This document shows, piece after piece, positions 15,664-30,919 of a DNA stretch of 64,000 nucleotides (position 1 is its first letter; each line of letters starts with the position of its first letter). The stretch comes from the human T2T-CHM13v2.0 reference genome, Homo sapiens. A program made the translations under genes and the position numbers. A model generated the notes under the pieces. It searched no databases and was not told where the DNA came from. It saw nothing but the letters and a program-made list of their open reading frames with translations. The DNA lies in assembly GCF_009914755.1 (NCBI RefSeq), contig NC_060941.1; one strand, given 5' to 3'.

Positions 15664-17452
15664 TCAACCAAAAGCTCAAAAATGTGAAAAATGTGGCATT
15701 AAATAAACCACATTGCTTACAGTCTGAAAGCAGAAACAAGAAGGCAAAACGTTGAGATACAAGGGCTCACAGAAGATAAGTGAGCTGATAGAAGGAAATA
15801 AAACATAAGTTGGAAGCTTAGGAAAAATAAAAGATAAAAAAATCTTAAAGGTCACATTAGAAGCAGCATATAGAAGGATAAACACTGCTGTGAACATATA
15901 AAGAAATATAGAGAACAAAAATGAGGAAAGCAAAGAAAATTAAATGGAATAATCAAAATTTGAACATGGAAAAGACAACAACAGAGAAGAAAGACACGCA
16001 TGATACAATATATAACATAAAATAATTGATATCTCCAAAAACATGAACTACCAGAGGATACATGTCAACTAACTGGAGATAAATGGGAAAAAAAAATGGC
16101 AAAAGGACAATGGAATTGTAGGATAAAAACAAAAGTGGTTAGTGGTTCAGTGTAAAATGAAAATATTAGAACCCCCAAAAATATAGAAATAAATCCCTAA
16201 CAAAAGTTATGCATCTGTGGGGAGGAAGAAAAAGTTAGCATTTAAATATGATAGATCAAGTAATTGAGCTATAAATGTACTTAACAATTATAAGTTAAAC
16301 AATAGAAAAAAATAAAGTCAACTAAAATTGAGTGGTAGAAGTTAAGGGCAAAACATAAAGAAGGTGTCATAGGCCAATTTGTTGTTATCTGTAGATATTA
16401 CAATGTTTACATAGATATGTAAATGTCAAATACAAATACCTAAATGAAATACGCATCTTAATGTTTAAAACAGTAACTCTTAAACTAAAATAAAAATTTT
16501 CCAAATTAGTAAAGCAGACACATGCACACACACACACACACAAAACTGCACACACTAAAAGCAGAAAAATTCAACCCAGAAAGGTTAAAATATAGAGAAG
16601 GGCAAATAAAATTCAAAGAAGGAACTGCTCATAATCTTAACAGATAAAATTATATTCCAGGCAAAAAGACTTCAGTGAATCAAAGCAGAACCCTTTACAA
16701 TAATATAGGTTCAATTTACAATGAAGATCTAATAGTTATTGATAATTGTGTACCAAATAATAGCATTATTATTCATACAGGAAATGAACAGGAAATCACT
16801 AGATAAGTAGACAGACATCATAATAGAAGACTTTATTTCACCTCTCCAAATCCATAAAAGAGAAACTAAACAAAAAATAAAAATAAAAAAGGATAAAGAA
16901 ACTCAAGGAACATAATAATATGGACAAAACTGATATATAGTCACCTCTCTACCTTAGAGACAGAGGTAGAGGTATCTTCCTTGTAAGTACTTATGAATCA
17001 TTGGGAAAAATCTGATCATGAGGTCAGAAAGTAAAACTCAGTAAATTCCCACAAGAGAAAATAGTTTAGAAATCTCTCTGATCACAGTGAAATAAAACTA
17101 AAAGGCAATTACAAAACTAGGGGTAAAAAAATACTCAACCATCTGGAAATGTTAAAACATGTTTTTAAATGTTGAGTTAATTACAAAGAACTAGAAAAAT
17201 AAAGATAAGAAACTACTATATACCAGAACATGCAGGATACAGCTAAAGCAGAACTCAGAGAAACATCTTTAACTATATTAATGAACTAAAAAAAAGAAAA
17301 ATAAATAAATATTATCAACCTGGCATCTTATAACTCATAAAATAAGCCAAAATCAGCCAACCAGTCAAAAGAATAAGGAAAACAGAAAAATCCCTGCCTC
17401 CACTAAAATAAATTTTACATTAATCAAAGATACAAATATTAAAAAGAAATAA

Positions 17453-17647
<195 letters not shown>

Positions 17648-18284
17648 TAAGAAAGAGCATTCCATAAAAGGAAAAGCCGAAACACCACACCACTGAGAAT
17701 ATATAGTAAAATTTCTACATTAAAAAAAATCCATAAAAACAAAGAAAAGTTAAGAGGAAAAATATGCTTCCTCTGGCAAGAAATAATAATTTATTAATAT
17801 ACAAAAAGCCCCCAAACTCAACAGGAAAAGAAGACAAAGAGCATAAGAGAAAAATGGGCAAAGATTATGAATAGATATTTTAGAAAAGGAAAGACAAATG
17901 GCTTTAAAACTTTGAAAAGATGCTCAGCTTTACTCATACTTAGAAAAATCAAAATAAAATTCCAATTTTTTAAACTATTAAATGGTCATAGAGCAAATAT
18001 TGGATAATCCACTGTCTTGCAAAAACATAGGGAGAAAGGTATTCACATTGCTGAGAGTGAAAACTGTGCTATTGACAGCAAGTGGGCAATAACTCAAAAA
18101 CCAAAGTACATCTGCCTTTGATTCCAAAATTCTACCTCTAGAAATGTAGCCGTAAAATACACTCAAGCACTTGTTGAAATAACACACACGCAAGTGTTTT
18201 AGAGCATTGTTTACAGTAGCAAAAGAATTAAAACAACTTCAATATTTATCAGTAGGATGGGAGCTAAATGTTTTGAGGTAGTGA

Positions 18285-18620
<336 letters not shown>

Positions 18621-19714
18621 TAAAAGGAAACAGCTCTGAATATACTAATAAGGAACCAACTTGACGGTTTACAATTGAAAGTAAAAAGCGAAGTGCAAAA
18701 GAAAAAAAAAAATAGGTCTCATATACTACTGTCTATGCCCACCGAAACAATCTATGTTGATACTGATGTACCTCTACACAGATATATTTGTGTAGGAAGG
18801 AAACTGATAGCAGTCCGTATCTGGGCAGGGAATAAGGGTGGCCGGCTGACGGGCAGTGAGGAGGAGGAGTGATCTAAGGTTCACCATATGCTATTTTTCA
18901 GAGTTTGTATTTTGAATCTGTGAGTGCATTACCTATTTAAAATATGTATTTTAACTTTAAGACAGTATGTACGGGGAGTGGCCGGGAAGCGTGGAGTTTC
19001 GTTGGCTTCCCACCAACCATACTGCTCAGCTGGGCGTCTCTGTGTGGAACACAGTGAGAGGTGGGACACAGAGATGACCAGCTGAGCAGTCGAGCTGGTG
19101 GGAAGCACAGGAGGACGTGCTAAGAATTGTGAGGCATCCTCCTTGCCTCTCCTTGTGGGTACTTCCCTGGCCTCAGCTCCAGTCTCCTCCCTACACTGCG
19201 ACCTCTTCTACTGTACATAGCCCAAGTTCGCTGTCCGCTCAGCACCCAACCCACAGTCCTCTGTCGCAGAATTCAACTTCTAGTGGCAAATGGGTTGATT
19301 AGTTATAGCCTAGTCTATAAATTGGTTTCCCCTAAATCCAAGCTCCACTCTTTTTCAAGGGGTAGCCAGGAGGATGAGATAACACAAATATAAACCCATT
19401 CCCTGTAATATCTCCAGCAGGGGCTTTAGTGGGAGGTAACTTACAAACAGGAAGAAATGTGAGGAGGACGGGGCAGTGATAGGCGAGTTTAGTATAAAAC
19501 TGGTGGGAGAGGGCACACTTTTGAAATCACACATTTGTGTTTACATTCCTGCTCTGCTTCTTATCAACCACGTGACCTTGAGCTAACAACAGCCTCCACC
19601 TCTCTTGCATGGTTTTTGTGGGGATTGTTGATGAGATAGTTTAAAATGGCGGGCACATCGTAAGTGTTTGATAAGTGGTAGGTGTTGCTATGAGCAAATT
19701 GAAATGCCACAAGA

Positions 19715-20090
19715 TTTCATTTATATGTGGAATATAAAAAAATAGAGAGTAGAATGGTGGTTAGCAGAGGCTGGGGGTCAGGATGGATGGGGTAAGGGGA
19801 GATGTAAGTCAAAGCATATGAACTTTCAGTGAGCCAGGAGGACTAAATTCTAGCGATCTATTGCACGACATGGGGACTATAATTAATAATAATGTATTAT
19901 GTATTTCAAAATTGCTAAAATAATGAATTTTAGATGTTCTCCCCATAAGGAAATGAAAAGAATATATGTGAGGTAACAGATTTGTTAATTTGCCTGATTT
20001 AATCATTACACAGTGTATGCCTGTATGAAAACATCATGTTGTACCCCATAAATATATACAATCATTATTTGTTAATTAAAAGAAAAGTAC
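19715..20090 (+). mobile_element. L1MA-like 3' end
   Basis: gagagtagaatggtggttagcagaggctggg...gtatttcaaaattgctaa...gtaccccataaatatataca. Confidence 0.8.
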
Positions 20091-20158
20091 ATCTTAAAAA
20101 AATTATTTTCTAAGAGTTCAATAAGGCACAGGTAAGCCAAGCTTTTAAAAATCCTTTA

Positions 20159-20488
<330 letters not shown>

Positions 20489-21032
20489 TTATGCACTGCC
20501 TGAGAGTGATAGTTTCTTAGGACACACGACGAAGCCCACACAGGAAAGAAGAGGTGAAGAAGCCAAGACTCCCTGTCATTCTGCATGTATGGGACCCACT
20601 CATGTTTCCTTTAGACTTAGTTCTAGAGTCTGGAGAGGCCTGAACAGGAAGGCAGGAAAAGTAACTCTGTCTCTGTGGTCCCTGCCTCCTTCTCAAGTGA
20701 ATGCTTGCACCACCAGGCTCTTCTGTGCAGGACAGTACTGCTGTCTGCAGCATTCCAAGAGATACGGAAAGACAAGGGGAAAAGAGAGAAGACTTCATTT
20801 ATGGGAGTTCCTACGTGTGCCTTTTATGTAATCTCTCTTGATACAATACTGGCAGGCAGACTTCAATGTGGCTATTTTATCAATGAGGAAACCAGTGCTT
20901 AGCCAGGTAATGACAGGTAATTAGAAAAGTATCCAGACTATACTCTCCCGATCTGGAAATCTAAATTCTCTTCACTATACCATGCCTTGTCTTTCACTTG
21001 TACAAGCTCATAGGACACCAATCACAGCAATC

Positions 21033-21340
21033 TTTTTTTTTTTTTTTTTTTTTTTTTGAGATGGTGTCTTGCTCTGTCGCCCAGGCTGGAGTCCAGTGGC
21101 GTGATCTCGGCTCACTGCAAGCTCCGGCTCCCGGGGTTCATGCCATTCTCCTGTCTCAGCCTCCCAAGTAGTTGGGACTACAGGTGTGTGCCACCACACC
21201 CGGCTGATTTTTTTGCATTTTTAGTAGAGACGGGGTTTCACCATGTTAGCCAGGATGGTCTTGATCTCTTGACCTCATGATCTGCCCGCCTCAGCCTCCC
21301 AAAGTGCTGGGATTACAGGCATGAGCCACCGCGCCCGGCC
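21033..21340 (-). mobile_element. Alu (AluY/Sc-like)
   Basis: Antisense full Alu; TSD agcaatc. Confidence 0.97.
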
Positions 21341-21786
21341 AGCAATCGTATCTTTGATTCTCTCTTGTGACATTTTATTTTCCTATGATTCACATAATAA
21401 GGTTCAACCTACATTTCAGATAACTGAAATCCAAGCATCTAGGAATCTTTGACTTTGAGACTTCCCTTCAGAATGTTAGAGACAGAAACTATCTGTGACA
21501 TGAACCCAACCAAGTGAGGAAGTCTACAGAGGCTAGAATATAGAAATGGACATGCCAGTGGCAGAAAGAAGTGTGATGGTATGAGTTGATCAGGTAACAG
21601 TCCCAAAGAAACCTCTGTGGGGCAGAGGAGTGAGAAGAGGGTTTGCAATGGTTCAAGGTCAGTAATCCAGGTGGTAGAAGAGCACTGGAAGGGAGGCTGA
21701 AACCGCAAGGGAAGTACAGGGATAAGTGGATCCCCACTATCGAATCAGATAAGAAAGTGAGTGAATGAGTGCCTTCAAAAATTATG

Positions 21787-22099
21787 GGTTGGGTGCAGTG
21801 GCTCACACCTGTAATCCCAGCACTTTGGGAGGCTGAGGCAGATGGATCACAAGGTCAGGAGTTCGAGACCATCCTGGTCAACATGGTGAAACCCTGTCTC
21901 TACTAAAAATACAAAAAATTAGCTGGGCGTGGTGGCGGGCACCTGTAGTCCCAGCTACTCAGGAGGCTGAGGCAGGAGAATGGTGTGAACCCGGGAGGCA
22001 GAGCTTGCAGTGAGCCAAGATTGCGCCACTGCACTCCATCCAGCCTGGGTGAGAGAGCAAGACTCCATCTCAAAAAAAAAAAAAAAAAAAAAAAAAAAA
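21787..22099 (+). mobile_element. Alu
   Basis: Full Alu with long A-tail; TSD aaaaattatg. Confidence 0.97.
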
Positions 22100-22149
22100 T
22101 TATGATGTTGTCAAATGCTGAAACAGTGGTTGCCAGAGACAAGGGGCAT

Positions 22150-22632
22150 TGCCCAGGATTCTCCAGGAAAACAAAAAACAAAACAAAACAAAACTCACTG
22201 GAGATATCTGTATTTATATCTATACCTAGAGATTTATTGTAAGGAATTGGCTCACATGATTACAGATGCTGACAAATCCTAAGATCTGCAACCAGCAGGC
22301 TGGAGACTCAGGAGAGCCAATGGTATAGTTCCAGTCCAAAGGTCTGCAAACTCAGGACCCAGGAAGGGCCAACATGTCTCTGTTCAAAGGCAGTCAGATA
22401 AGAGTTATTTCTTATTTGTAGAAGGATCAGACTTTTTGTCCTATTTGGGCCATCAAAGGATCAGATAAGGCCTGCCCATGTTAGGGAAGTTAATCTGCTT
22501 TACTCAGTCTACTGATTCAAATATGAATATCATCCAAAACCATCCTTCTGGGCACACCTAGAATAATGTTTGACCCAATATCTGGGCAACCCATGGCCCA
22601 GTTAAGTTGACACAAAAAATTAATCATACACA
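22150..22632 (-). mobile_element. MLT2-family ERVL LTR
   Basis: gagatttattgtaaggaattggctcacatgatta...cccagttaagttgacacaaaaaattaatca. Confidence 0.78.
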
Positions 22633-23292
22633 AGGGTATAGGAGTGAATATGAAATGAACTCAGGAAAATAACTAACGAATGTCACTGAGAATCTGGCTT
22701 GAGATGATAAGGAATGGCTAGAGGAGAGATTAATGCAGATCTTAACAGTATGAAGTGGCAAAGCCACCAAAGGAGAATTTGCTTGGCATCATTGATGGCT
22801 GGGGTGAGAGGAGTGTGTAGGTGAATACTGGGACAAACAATATACGGGCCTGTGTAAACTTAGAGTAGCATGACAGGTGCTTCTACAGCCAATTTGGATT
22901 TGGAATTAAAGCAAAATTGCTTTCACTCATCTTCTGTCCAAGGAAAATTATACATCATTGTTGAGATAATGGTGTTAGGAGACCAGTGCAATCTGTGCGA
23001 AAGTTCCTTAACAAGAAGTTCTGCTCTTAAATGCAAGTGTGTAATGCACACATTCACAGGATGTCATAGGACGTAGGACCCAGTGTGGTTCTCTTGATAT
23101 GATGGTGCTTATTACCCACCCCAAGACCAAAGGCAAGGGTAGTGCCATCAAGAGACACTGAGTTTCCTTCAGACCCAGCTGACCTAGGTCATTTAGGGAG
23201 TTCCATCCAGAGGCTGAAGATATAAATTCAGTAGTAATTCAGCATAGTGATGATACTATATAAAACTGTGGAACAAATGAGACCACGTAGGG

Positions 23293-23462
23293 CAGTGGTT
23301 CTCATTCCTGAGTGCATGTAAGGATCATCCATGATGATTTCGAAACCAGCCACAGCCAGAGCTCCAGTCCCAGGGACTCTAATTCCCCTTGCCTGGAAAT
23401 TATCACTGCATTTAGAAACCTTCTGGATGACGCTAATGAGCAGGTAGAGTTGAGAACAGATG
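23293..23462. mobile_element. MER5B-like DNA transposon
   Basis: cagtggttctca...gatgacgctaatgagcaggtagagttgagaacagatg TIR pair. Confidence 0.6.
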
Positions 23463-23957
23463 ATCCAGGGGAGCAAAGAGGAACCTGGACCAACATTGAA
23501 GCACTCAACATTAGACATCAGTTTGAGAAGTAGAAGCTAGAAAAGACAAGGAAAGCCAGAGATAAAAGTGATTTGAGAGGAGGCCAGGTTAATGGTATCA
23601 AATCCTGCCAAGTGAATCAGATGAGGCCAGAGAAGTGACCTAGGCATTTGGCAGTCTGAAGGTAGTTTGTTACCTTGGCAGTTTCCTTGTGGAGTGGTAG
23701 GGACAGAAATCAGCCTAGAGTGAGTTGAGGTGGAAACAGTCATTATAGCAACATTCTTGAGTTTTGTACTGAATTGATGAGTGTAAATGATGCAGCAGCT
23801 GCTATAGGATGTGAGAATGGGAGCTTTTTACTGTGCTGATGGGAGTGATCCAATAGAAAAGAGTAATTTTATAACAAATAAGAAAAGTATAATAACCATA
23901 TCAGTAACGTCCCTGCAAAAGCAAGAGGAGATGGAGTCCAGATAATAAGCAGCATTG

Positions 23958-24300
<343 letters not shown>

Positions 24301-24428
24301 TTAAGTCAATGGAATTACAAAATAAATATTTTGAAGTCTATTTTGGTCACCCCACTGACTATATCATAGACATATTTTATGTCAGTACATCTATATCTCA
24401 ATCATTCCTTTAAAATTACCACATAATA

Positions 24429-24719
24429 GGCCAGGTGTGGTGGCTCACACCTGTAATCCCAGCACTTTGGGAGGCCGAGGTGGGTGGATCACGAGGTCAG
24501 GAGTTCAAGATCAGCTTGGCCATGATGGTGAAACCCCATCTCTACTAAAAATACAAAAAATTAGCCGGGCGTGGTGGTGAGTGCCTGTAATCCCAGCTAC
24601 TCGGGAGGCTGAAGCAGAGAATCGCTTGAACCCGGAAGGCGGAGGTTGTAGTGAGCCGAGATCGCGCCACTGCACTCCAGCCTCGGTGACAGAGCAAAAC
24701 TCCATCTCAAAAAAAAAAA
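24429..24719 (+). mobile_element. Alu (AluSg-like)
   Basis: Full Alu; TSD aaaattaccacata/aaaattactacata. Confidence 0.97.
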
Positions 24720-24895
24720 TTACTACATAGTATTTATTTGTATAGGTTATCATTGGTTTAGTTAATACTGTTGGAATGGGAGCATATAGATTTTTTTCCA
24801 TCTTTTTTACGATAAATATATTTTACAGATGTTTTTCTTATTTCCATTAAGATAAATTCCTAAGTATGAAATTCCTATAAAAATCATCCTTTATT

Positions 24896-25452
24896 ATATT
24901 ATTAATGGTTCTTCAGAACCAGTAGGATATATAGACATACACAAGAAGAGATTTGTTGTGGAAACTGGTTTCATGTGATTATGGAAGCCAAAACCTCCCA
25001 CAATATACTTAACTGTAAGTTGTTGGAGAATCAGCAAAGCCAGCGGTGTCATTCAATCTGAATTCAAAGACCTAATAATAAAGAAGCCAGTCCTGTAACT
25101 AAGTCTGAGTCCAAAGTCCTGAAAACCAGGGGGGCTGCTGGTGTAACTCTTAGGCTCTGAAGGCTGGAGAACCAGGAGCTTCAATGTCTGAGGGCAGGAG
25201 AAGATAGACATCCCAATTCAAGAAGAGAGAGTGAGTATGCCCTCCCTCAGCATGTTTGTTCTACTTGGGGTCCTCAACAGATTGGATGATGCCTCCCCAC
25301 ATTGGTGAGGGTGGGGCTTCTTTACTCACGCCACTGATTCAAATTCTAATCTCTTCTGAAACACCTGCACAGATACATCCAGAAATAGTGTTTAACCAGC
25401 TATCTGGGCATCCCTTAACCCAGTCAAGTAGACAGATAAAATTAACCATCAC
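24896..25452 (-). mobile_element. MLT2-family ERVL LTR
   Basis: catgtgattatggaagcc...ccagctatctgggcatcccttaacccagtcaagtagacagataaaattaaccatcac. Confidence 0.8.
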
Positions 25453-26199
25453 TATTATTAATTAGCTTTCCCTTTGCTAGTATTTTTATTACCCCTTTAA
25501 GCAACCAGATTCTGCTTATAGAAAGCCACAGATATAATTTCCATTTTCTTTAAACTTCCTATGCTAGGCAAAGAATATATTATTATATATTAGTATACAT
25601 ATTATGATATTACATAACATATAATATATAGCCTCTTTTAATATATTGTGGTCTCACAGATTAGTTGAACTTCATGTGAAATTTTATATTAATTATTTAA
25701 AGAGCTGCTTTTCATTTTTCTAACAACCCAACAGTAAGCAAGAAGCTGTTTGGCCAACCTTGAAAAAGCTGCTTCTGGAAGTTGAAAGGAATTGCAGTTT
25801 AAATTCACAAGGACGATCTCTCCTCTCCTTCCACACATACCCTCCACACACACATACCTTTTATCTTCCTTCCTCTGCTCATATTTGTTAATCTCATTGG
25901 CGAATTTTTAATTCTCAAAAACTGACCCTAAGCCCTCTGAAGATACGATTTGTGCCAAAATTGGTTCAAATGCTCTTGACTTTTCTCCACCCAAAGGCAA
26001 TTATCAGTTCTTGACATGGCACTGAATCCTTGAATTCTTCCCCGACACTTATTACACTGGAAGCTACTCTGCAGAAGGACACTGGCTGCCACTTCATTTG
26101 AATCCTTTGCTTTATCCAGTATAGAATCACAAGGTGACCAACTCTTGGTCTAAAAGACTCAGTAGCCAAGGCCACCACAAGACCCGACACCCAATTCTA

Positions 26200-26790
26200 A
26201 TGTCAAAGAAGAGGTATCTTTTAAAAATACAAATATGATTTGATCCTTCATTGCTTAAAGCCCTTTGCTCTTGGAATAAATACAGGCCTCCGTAGCTGGA
26301 CCCAAAAGAGCCCTCATGCTCTTTGATCACATATTCACCATGCTACCCCTCAGCCTCTGAAATCCATTTGCACTGGTCTTATTTCAGTTTCTTGAGCAAG
26401 TCATGTACACTTCTATCCCCGCTTGCAAGGAACTCTTCTAACATCCTTCTTTGCCTCATCCTTCAGATCTTGATATACCTCACCTCTTCAGGGAAGCCTC
26501 CTTTACTCCAGATAGGTTGAACACCCCTATTATTTGCCTTCATAGTGCCATGTGATTCTCCATTCTAAGCCCTCCCCTCCATTGAAATTTCATATGTGTT
26601 TCTGTGCTTTTTGATTAATATCTATCTCCCTTTCCAGAGTAAAAGTTTCATGAAAACCAGAATGGTACTTGCTTCCCTCATCATTACATACCCATCATCA
26701 AACACAGTGTGCAAGAAAATGTTTGTTTTCTTGAGTGGCTGAATGAGAGAATTCAATTGGTTGAATGAGAGAATGAATGAGTGGCTAAAA
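26200..26790 (+). mobile_element. L2 LINE 3' fragment
   Basis: cacctcttcagggaagcctcc...gtttgtt...gaatgaatgagt L2 3' terminus. Confidence 0.6.
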
Positions 26791-26970
26791 GTGAAAGTCA
26801 TGGTCTACAAGAGGTAGAGATGGGTAGCTGACAAATGGACCTCATGGTGGTGGTGTAGGGAAATAGGGGAAGCAGGAAGTTGAAATCACCTAGTCAAACA
26901 CCACCCCACTCTTGTTTTAGAAATGGGTGTCTCACTCTGTCACCCAGGCTGGAGTGTACTGGCATGATCA
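26542..26970 (+). repeat. Donor arm of local inverted duplication
   Basis: Reverse complement of 28878-29261, roughly 90% identical by eye plus two larger indels. Confidence 0.95.
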
Positions 26971-27206
26971 TAGATCACTGCAGCCTCAAATTACTGGGCT
27001 TAAGTGATCCTCCCACCTCAGACTCCTGTGTAGTTGGACCATGGGCATATGGCACGATGCCTGGCTTATTAAAAAAATATATATTGTTATAAGACAGGAT
27101 CTTGTTTTATTGTGCAGGCTGGTCTTGAACTCCTGGCTTCAAGCAATCCTCCCATCTTGGTTTCCCAAAGTGCTGGGATGACAGGCATGAACCACTGTGC
27201 CCAGCC
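26912..27206 (-). mobile_element. Alu (AluJ-like)
   Basis: cactgcagcctcaaattactgggcttaagtgatcctcccacctcag; diverged. Confidence 0.92.
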
Positions 27207-27342
27207 TCCAAGCCTTCTTAACATGGACGCATACAAAGAGTTCAGAGAATCAATGACTCTACTTTAACTGAATATAACATTTTATGTATACATATACCTT
27301 GTGGGAACAAAGTCTACCGAATTCATCACAATTTCAAATAGA

Positions 27343-27513
27343 AGCTGGGCACTGTGGTGCACACCCGTAGTCCCAGCTACTCAGGAGGCTGAGGCAGGAG
27401 AATTTCTTGAGGCCAGAAGTTTGAGACTGCAGTGAGCTCTGATCGCAGCTGTGAATAGCCACTATTACACTCCAGCCTGGGCAACATAGCAAAATCCTGT
27501 CTCTTAAAAAAAA
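27343..27513 (+). mobile_element. FAM (fossil Alu monomer, 7SL-derived)
   Basis: Monomer retaining 7SL-type gtgaatagccact...cagcctgggcaacatagc; A-tail; TSD aatttcaaat. Confidence 0.8.
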
Positions 27514-27603
27514 TTTCAAATGGGTCTTGATCCTCCAAAAGCATGAAAAACCACTAGTCTAATCCAATTTCTGAACAAGAACTAGATACATGGCCAGAGG
27601 TGA

Positions 27604-27940
<337 letters not shown>

Positions 27941-28842
27941 ATCCATTGCTCTTTCTATCAAATAACAATAATAGTAATAATTCATATCAAAACATCTTTT
28001 AGCCAGCTCCTGATTCTTTGAGATTCCATAGGCAAAATTAACTTTTTGATACCCATGCTGGTTAAGCATCCAATAAAGTGAGAGCTGGCTAGCTGTCCCT
28101 CGGCATCCAGCCTCATGGCCCCTTCTTGAATCCTCACTAGCAGATAGCTCTGAAGGTGGCGTGCAGCCTGGGGTGTTTCATCTTTCATTTGCCCCTCATT
28201 CCTAGCTAATGAAGCTTCATGCCCTTGTCAGGCCTTGTTTCTACAAGGCTGGACACCTTCTTTTAACAGGACGTACTTGAAAAACAAGATATTTCCCTTT
28301 GTACTAGAAACAAATGGTGATTAATGTACTTGTTGTAATTAATCTGTGGTGACAGATTAGCGGGGTAGCAGCAGTTCTTTTGCTGCTCTGGGAACCTTCC
28401 TTGATAGGACAGCTGGTGAGAGGGGACACCAAATTCAATTTGTTTCTCATTTGCATACATATGACAACCATCTGTGCTAATAGCACTGCAATGTCTCCAT
28501 TAGGCCCAGAGCTCGTGTGCTGGCTCTCCCTTTCTCCCATTAGGCCTGGGAGAGGGAGAGCTCACAGCACAAATATTTGTAGAGGAAAAAGGGTGGGCTT
28601 GATGGAACACAACCAATTATGTCCCCTCCTAGCAAAGGTCAAACATCCAACATGAGCTAAGATCCTTCTCACCCATGGGAGGGTAATCTTCTTTGAAAAA
28701 CCCCTACTCCTTTCATCAGAAGGTCTCTACCCTCTCCATCTCAAAGACCCAGTCGAATTATTCACAGCCTATTCCCTATGGTCCAGTCACTCAAACCAGC
28801 TTCACTTTGGCAGATATCTTTTCTTTTTTTTAAACTGATACC

Positions 28843-30660
28843 TTCATTCAAAAAATATTCATGGAATATCAGTCCACTGATCATGCCAGTGTACTCCAGC
28901 CTGGGTGACAGAGTGAGACCCCCATCTCTAGAAAAAGAGGGGGTGGTGCTTGACTAGGTGATTTCAACCTCCTGCTTCCCCTGTTTCCCTACATCACTAC
29001 CATGAGGTCCATTCCTCAACTACCCATCTCTACCTCTTTTAGGCTATGACTCTCAGTTTTAGCCACTCATTCATTCTCTCATTCATTCAACAAACATTTT
29101 CCTGTACACTGTCTTTGATGATGGACATGTAATGCTGAGGGAAGCAGATCCCATTCTGGTTTTCATGAAACATTTTACTCTGGAAAGTGGGATGGATATT
29201 AATCAAAGTAGCACAGTTTCAGTGGAGAGGAGGGCTTATAAGGGAGATCACACGGCACTATTCGTGCAATAAATATTCATGGAATAGTGCCTGAACTTAG
29301 GCACTATTCCAGGTGGAGGAGGAACAGCAGTTAACAAGAGAGAGAAGGTTTTTGTTTTATGAAGTTTACATGATAGTGATGCACGCTGATGATAAACAAA
29401 TAAACAAGAAAAAATTCATGTAGTGTCATGTCCTAAGCAGAGATTCAAAAAACAGGGTTTCAGATGGTGTGAAATAGGTCATATGTGACGCCACATTAGT
29501 TTTGATGCTCAGAGATGTCCTTTCTGAAGAGGCGACGTGCAAGCTGCCATCTGAATGGCAAAGAGGATCCAGCCTGTGAACACCAAGGGAACACACATTT
29601 TTCCGGAGGGAGAGAACCGCTAAAATAAAGGCCTCTAGAGAAAGTGAGCTTGACGTGTTGAGTAAGAGGAAGATAGACAGCATGTCTGAAGGGAGGTGGG
29701 AGTGATACATCTGCGCTAACTTGCTAGGGCAGCTGCAACAAAGAACCACAAACTGGGGGCTTAAAACAACAGAAATGTATTGTCTCAGAGTTCCGGAGCC
29801 TAGAAGTCCAAATCAAGGTGTCCACAGGGCCTTGAAAACTACAGAGGAGAATCCTTCCTTGTCTTTTTTAGCTTCTGGTGTTTGTTAGCAATTCTTGATG
29901 CTCCCTGTCTTGTTGATGCACCACTCCAATCTTTGCCTCTGTCATCACATGACTGTCTTCTCCCTGTGTGTTTCTATTTTCTTATAATGACACCAGTCAT
30001 AATGGATTAACCCCCTGAACCACATGGGGATTTGGAAGCCAGGTAAGGCATGCAGATCATAGTGTAAAAGGAATGATGACATTTAAAGGTTTATTGCAAT
30101 GAAATGGCATGATCCATTTTATATGTCGGTATCATGTATAGATTGAATGGGGCAGGGCAAGAGGGGAAGGATGAAGGTGAACCACTGAGGAAGTTCATCT
30201 TTGGATCTACGTGTCATGGCAGCCTGAACTAGGAAAGTGACAGAAGAGATGGCATAAAGAAGGAGGTTTTGAGATATATTTAAAAGGTAGGATCCATAAA
30301 CTTTATAATAGGTCAGATATAAGTATTTGGAAAATGAGAAGAATCATGTTCCTATCCTGAACAATTGGCAGGATGGTGCATACTTGCTGGAAGAGGGAAT
30401 ACTTGGGGGAAGGGAACAAGTTTGAAAGAGAAAATCAAATGGTCCATTTTGGACACATTGAGTTACAGACGTTTAAGGGATAGCCACACAGAAATATAAG
30501 ATCACCTGTTTGAGTACGTGAGTCTAAATGTCAGAGGAAATGCTTGAGATTAAGACAGAAATATGAGCATCATCAGTTTAAAGAGGTTATTTAAAGTTCA
30601 CGGTGCTGGATGAGATCTCTCCTTAGGGGGATAGAAGATATAGAAAAACAGGACCCAACC
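28843..30660 (-). mobile_element. L2 LINE (antisense), interrupted by the inverted copy and an MLT1 LTR piece (~29705-30010)
   Basis: ttcattcaaaaaatattc 3' end; aggcactattccagg...cagcagttaacaag; gtccattttggacacattgag; gagcatcatcagtttaaagaggttatttaaag. Confidence 0.65.
28878..29261 (-). repeat. Inverted copy of 26542-26970, flanked by direct repeat aaatattcatggaata
   Basis: Direct alignment; direct repeat at 28853-28868 and 29271-29286. Confidence 0.95.
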
Positions 30661-30919
30661 CCAAACCCCAGGGAACTCTGTGACCCTCATCTCTTCTTCT
30701 GTCCATGCTTGTGCTAGGGGTCCTCACTCCCCATGGTAAGTGCTCGTTCTTATTATGAACAGCTTTGCTCTATGACACATTGCATATGGTGGAAAGACAA
30801 GGCAGACCCCTCTCTGTTTCGTGCCTCATTATACACATATTTTATCTCAATTTCCCTTTGTCTTGCTTTTACTCCATGGGGGAAGAGGCTATGTTCGGCA
30901 CGTCTTCATTTCCACAGAC

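Noticed and set aside
23312-23533. Protein-looking 73-aa ORF (MHVRIIHDDFE...)
   Set aside because: Lies over a MER5B-like transposon; no splice or codon support.
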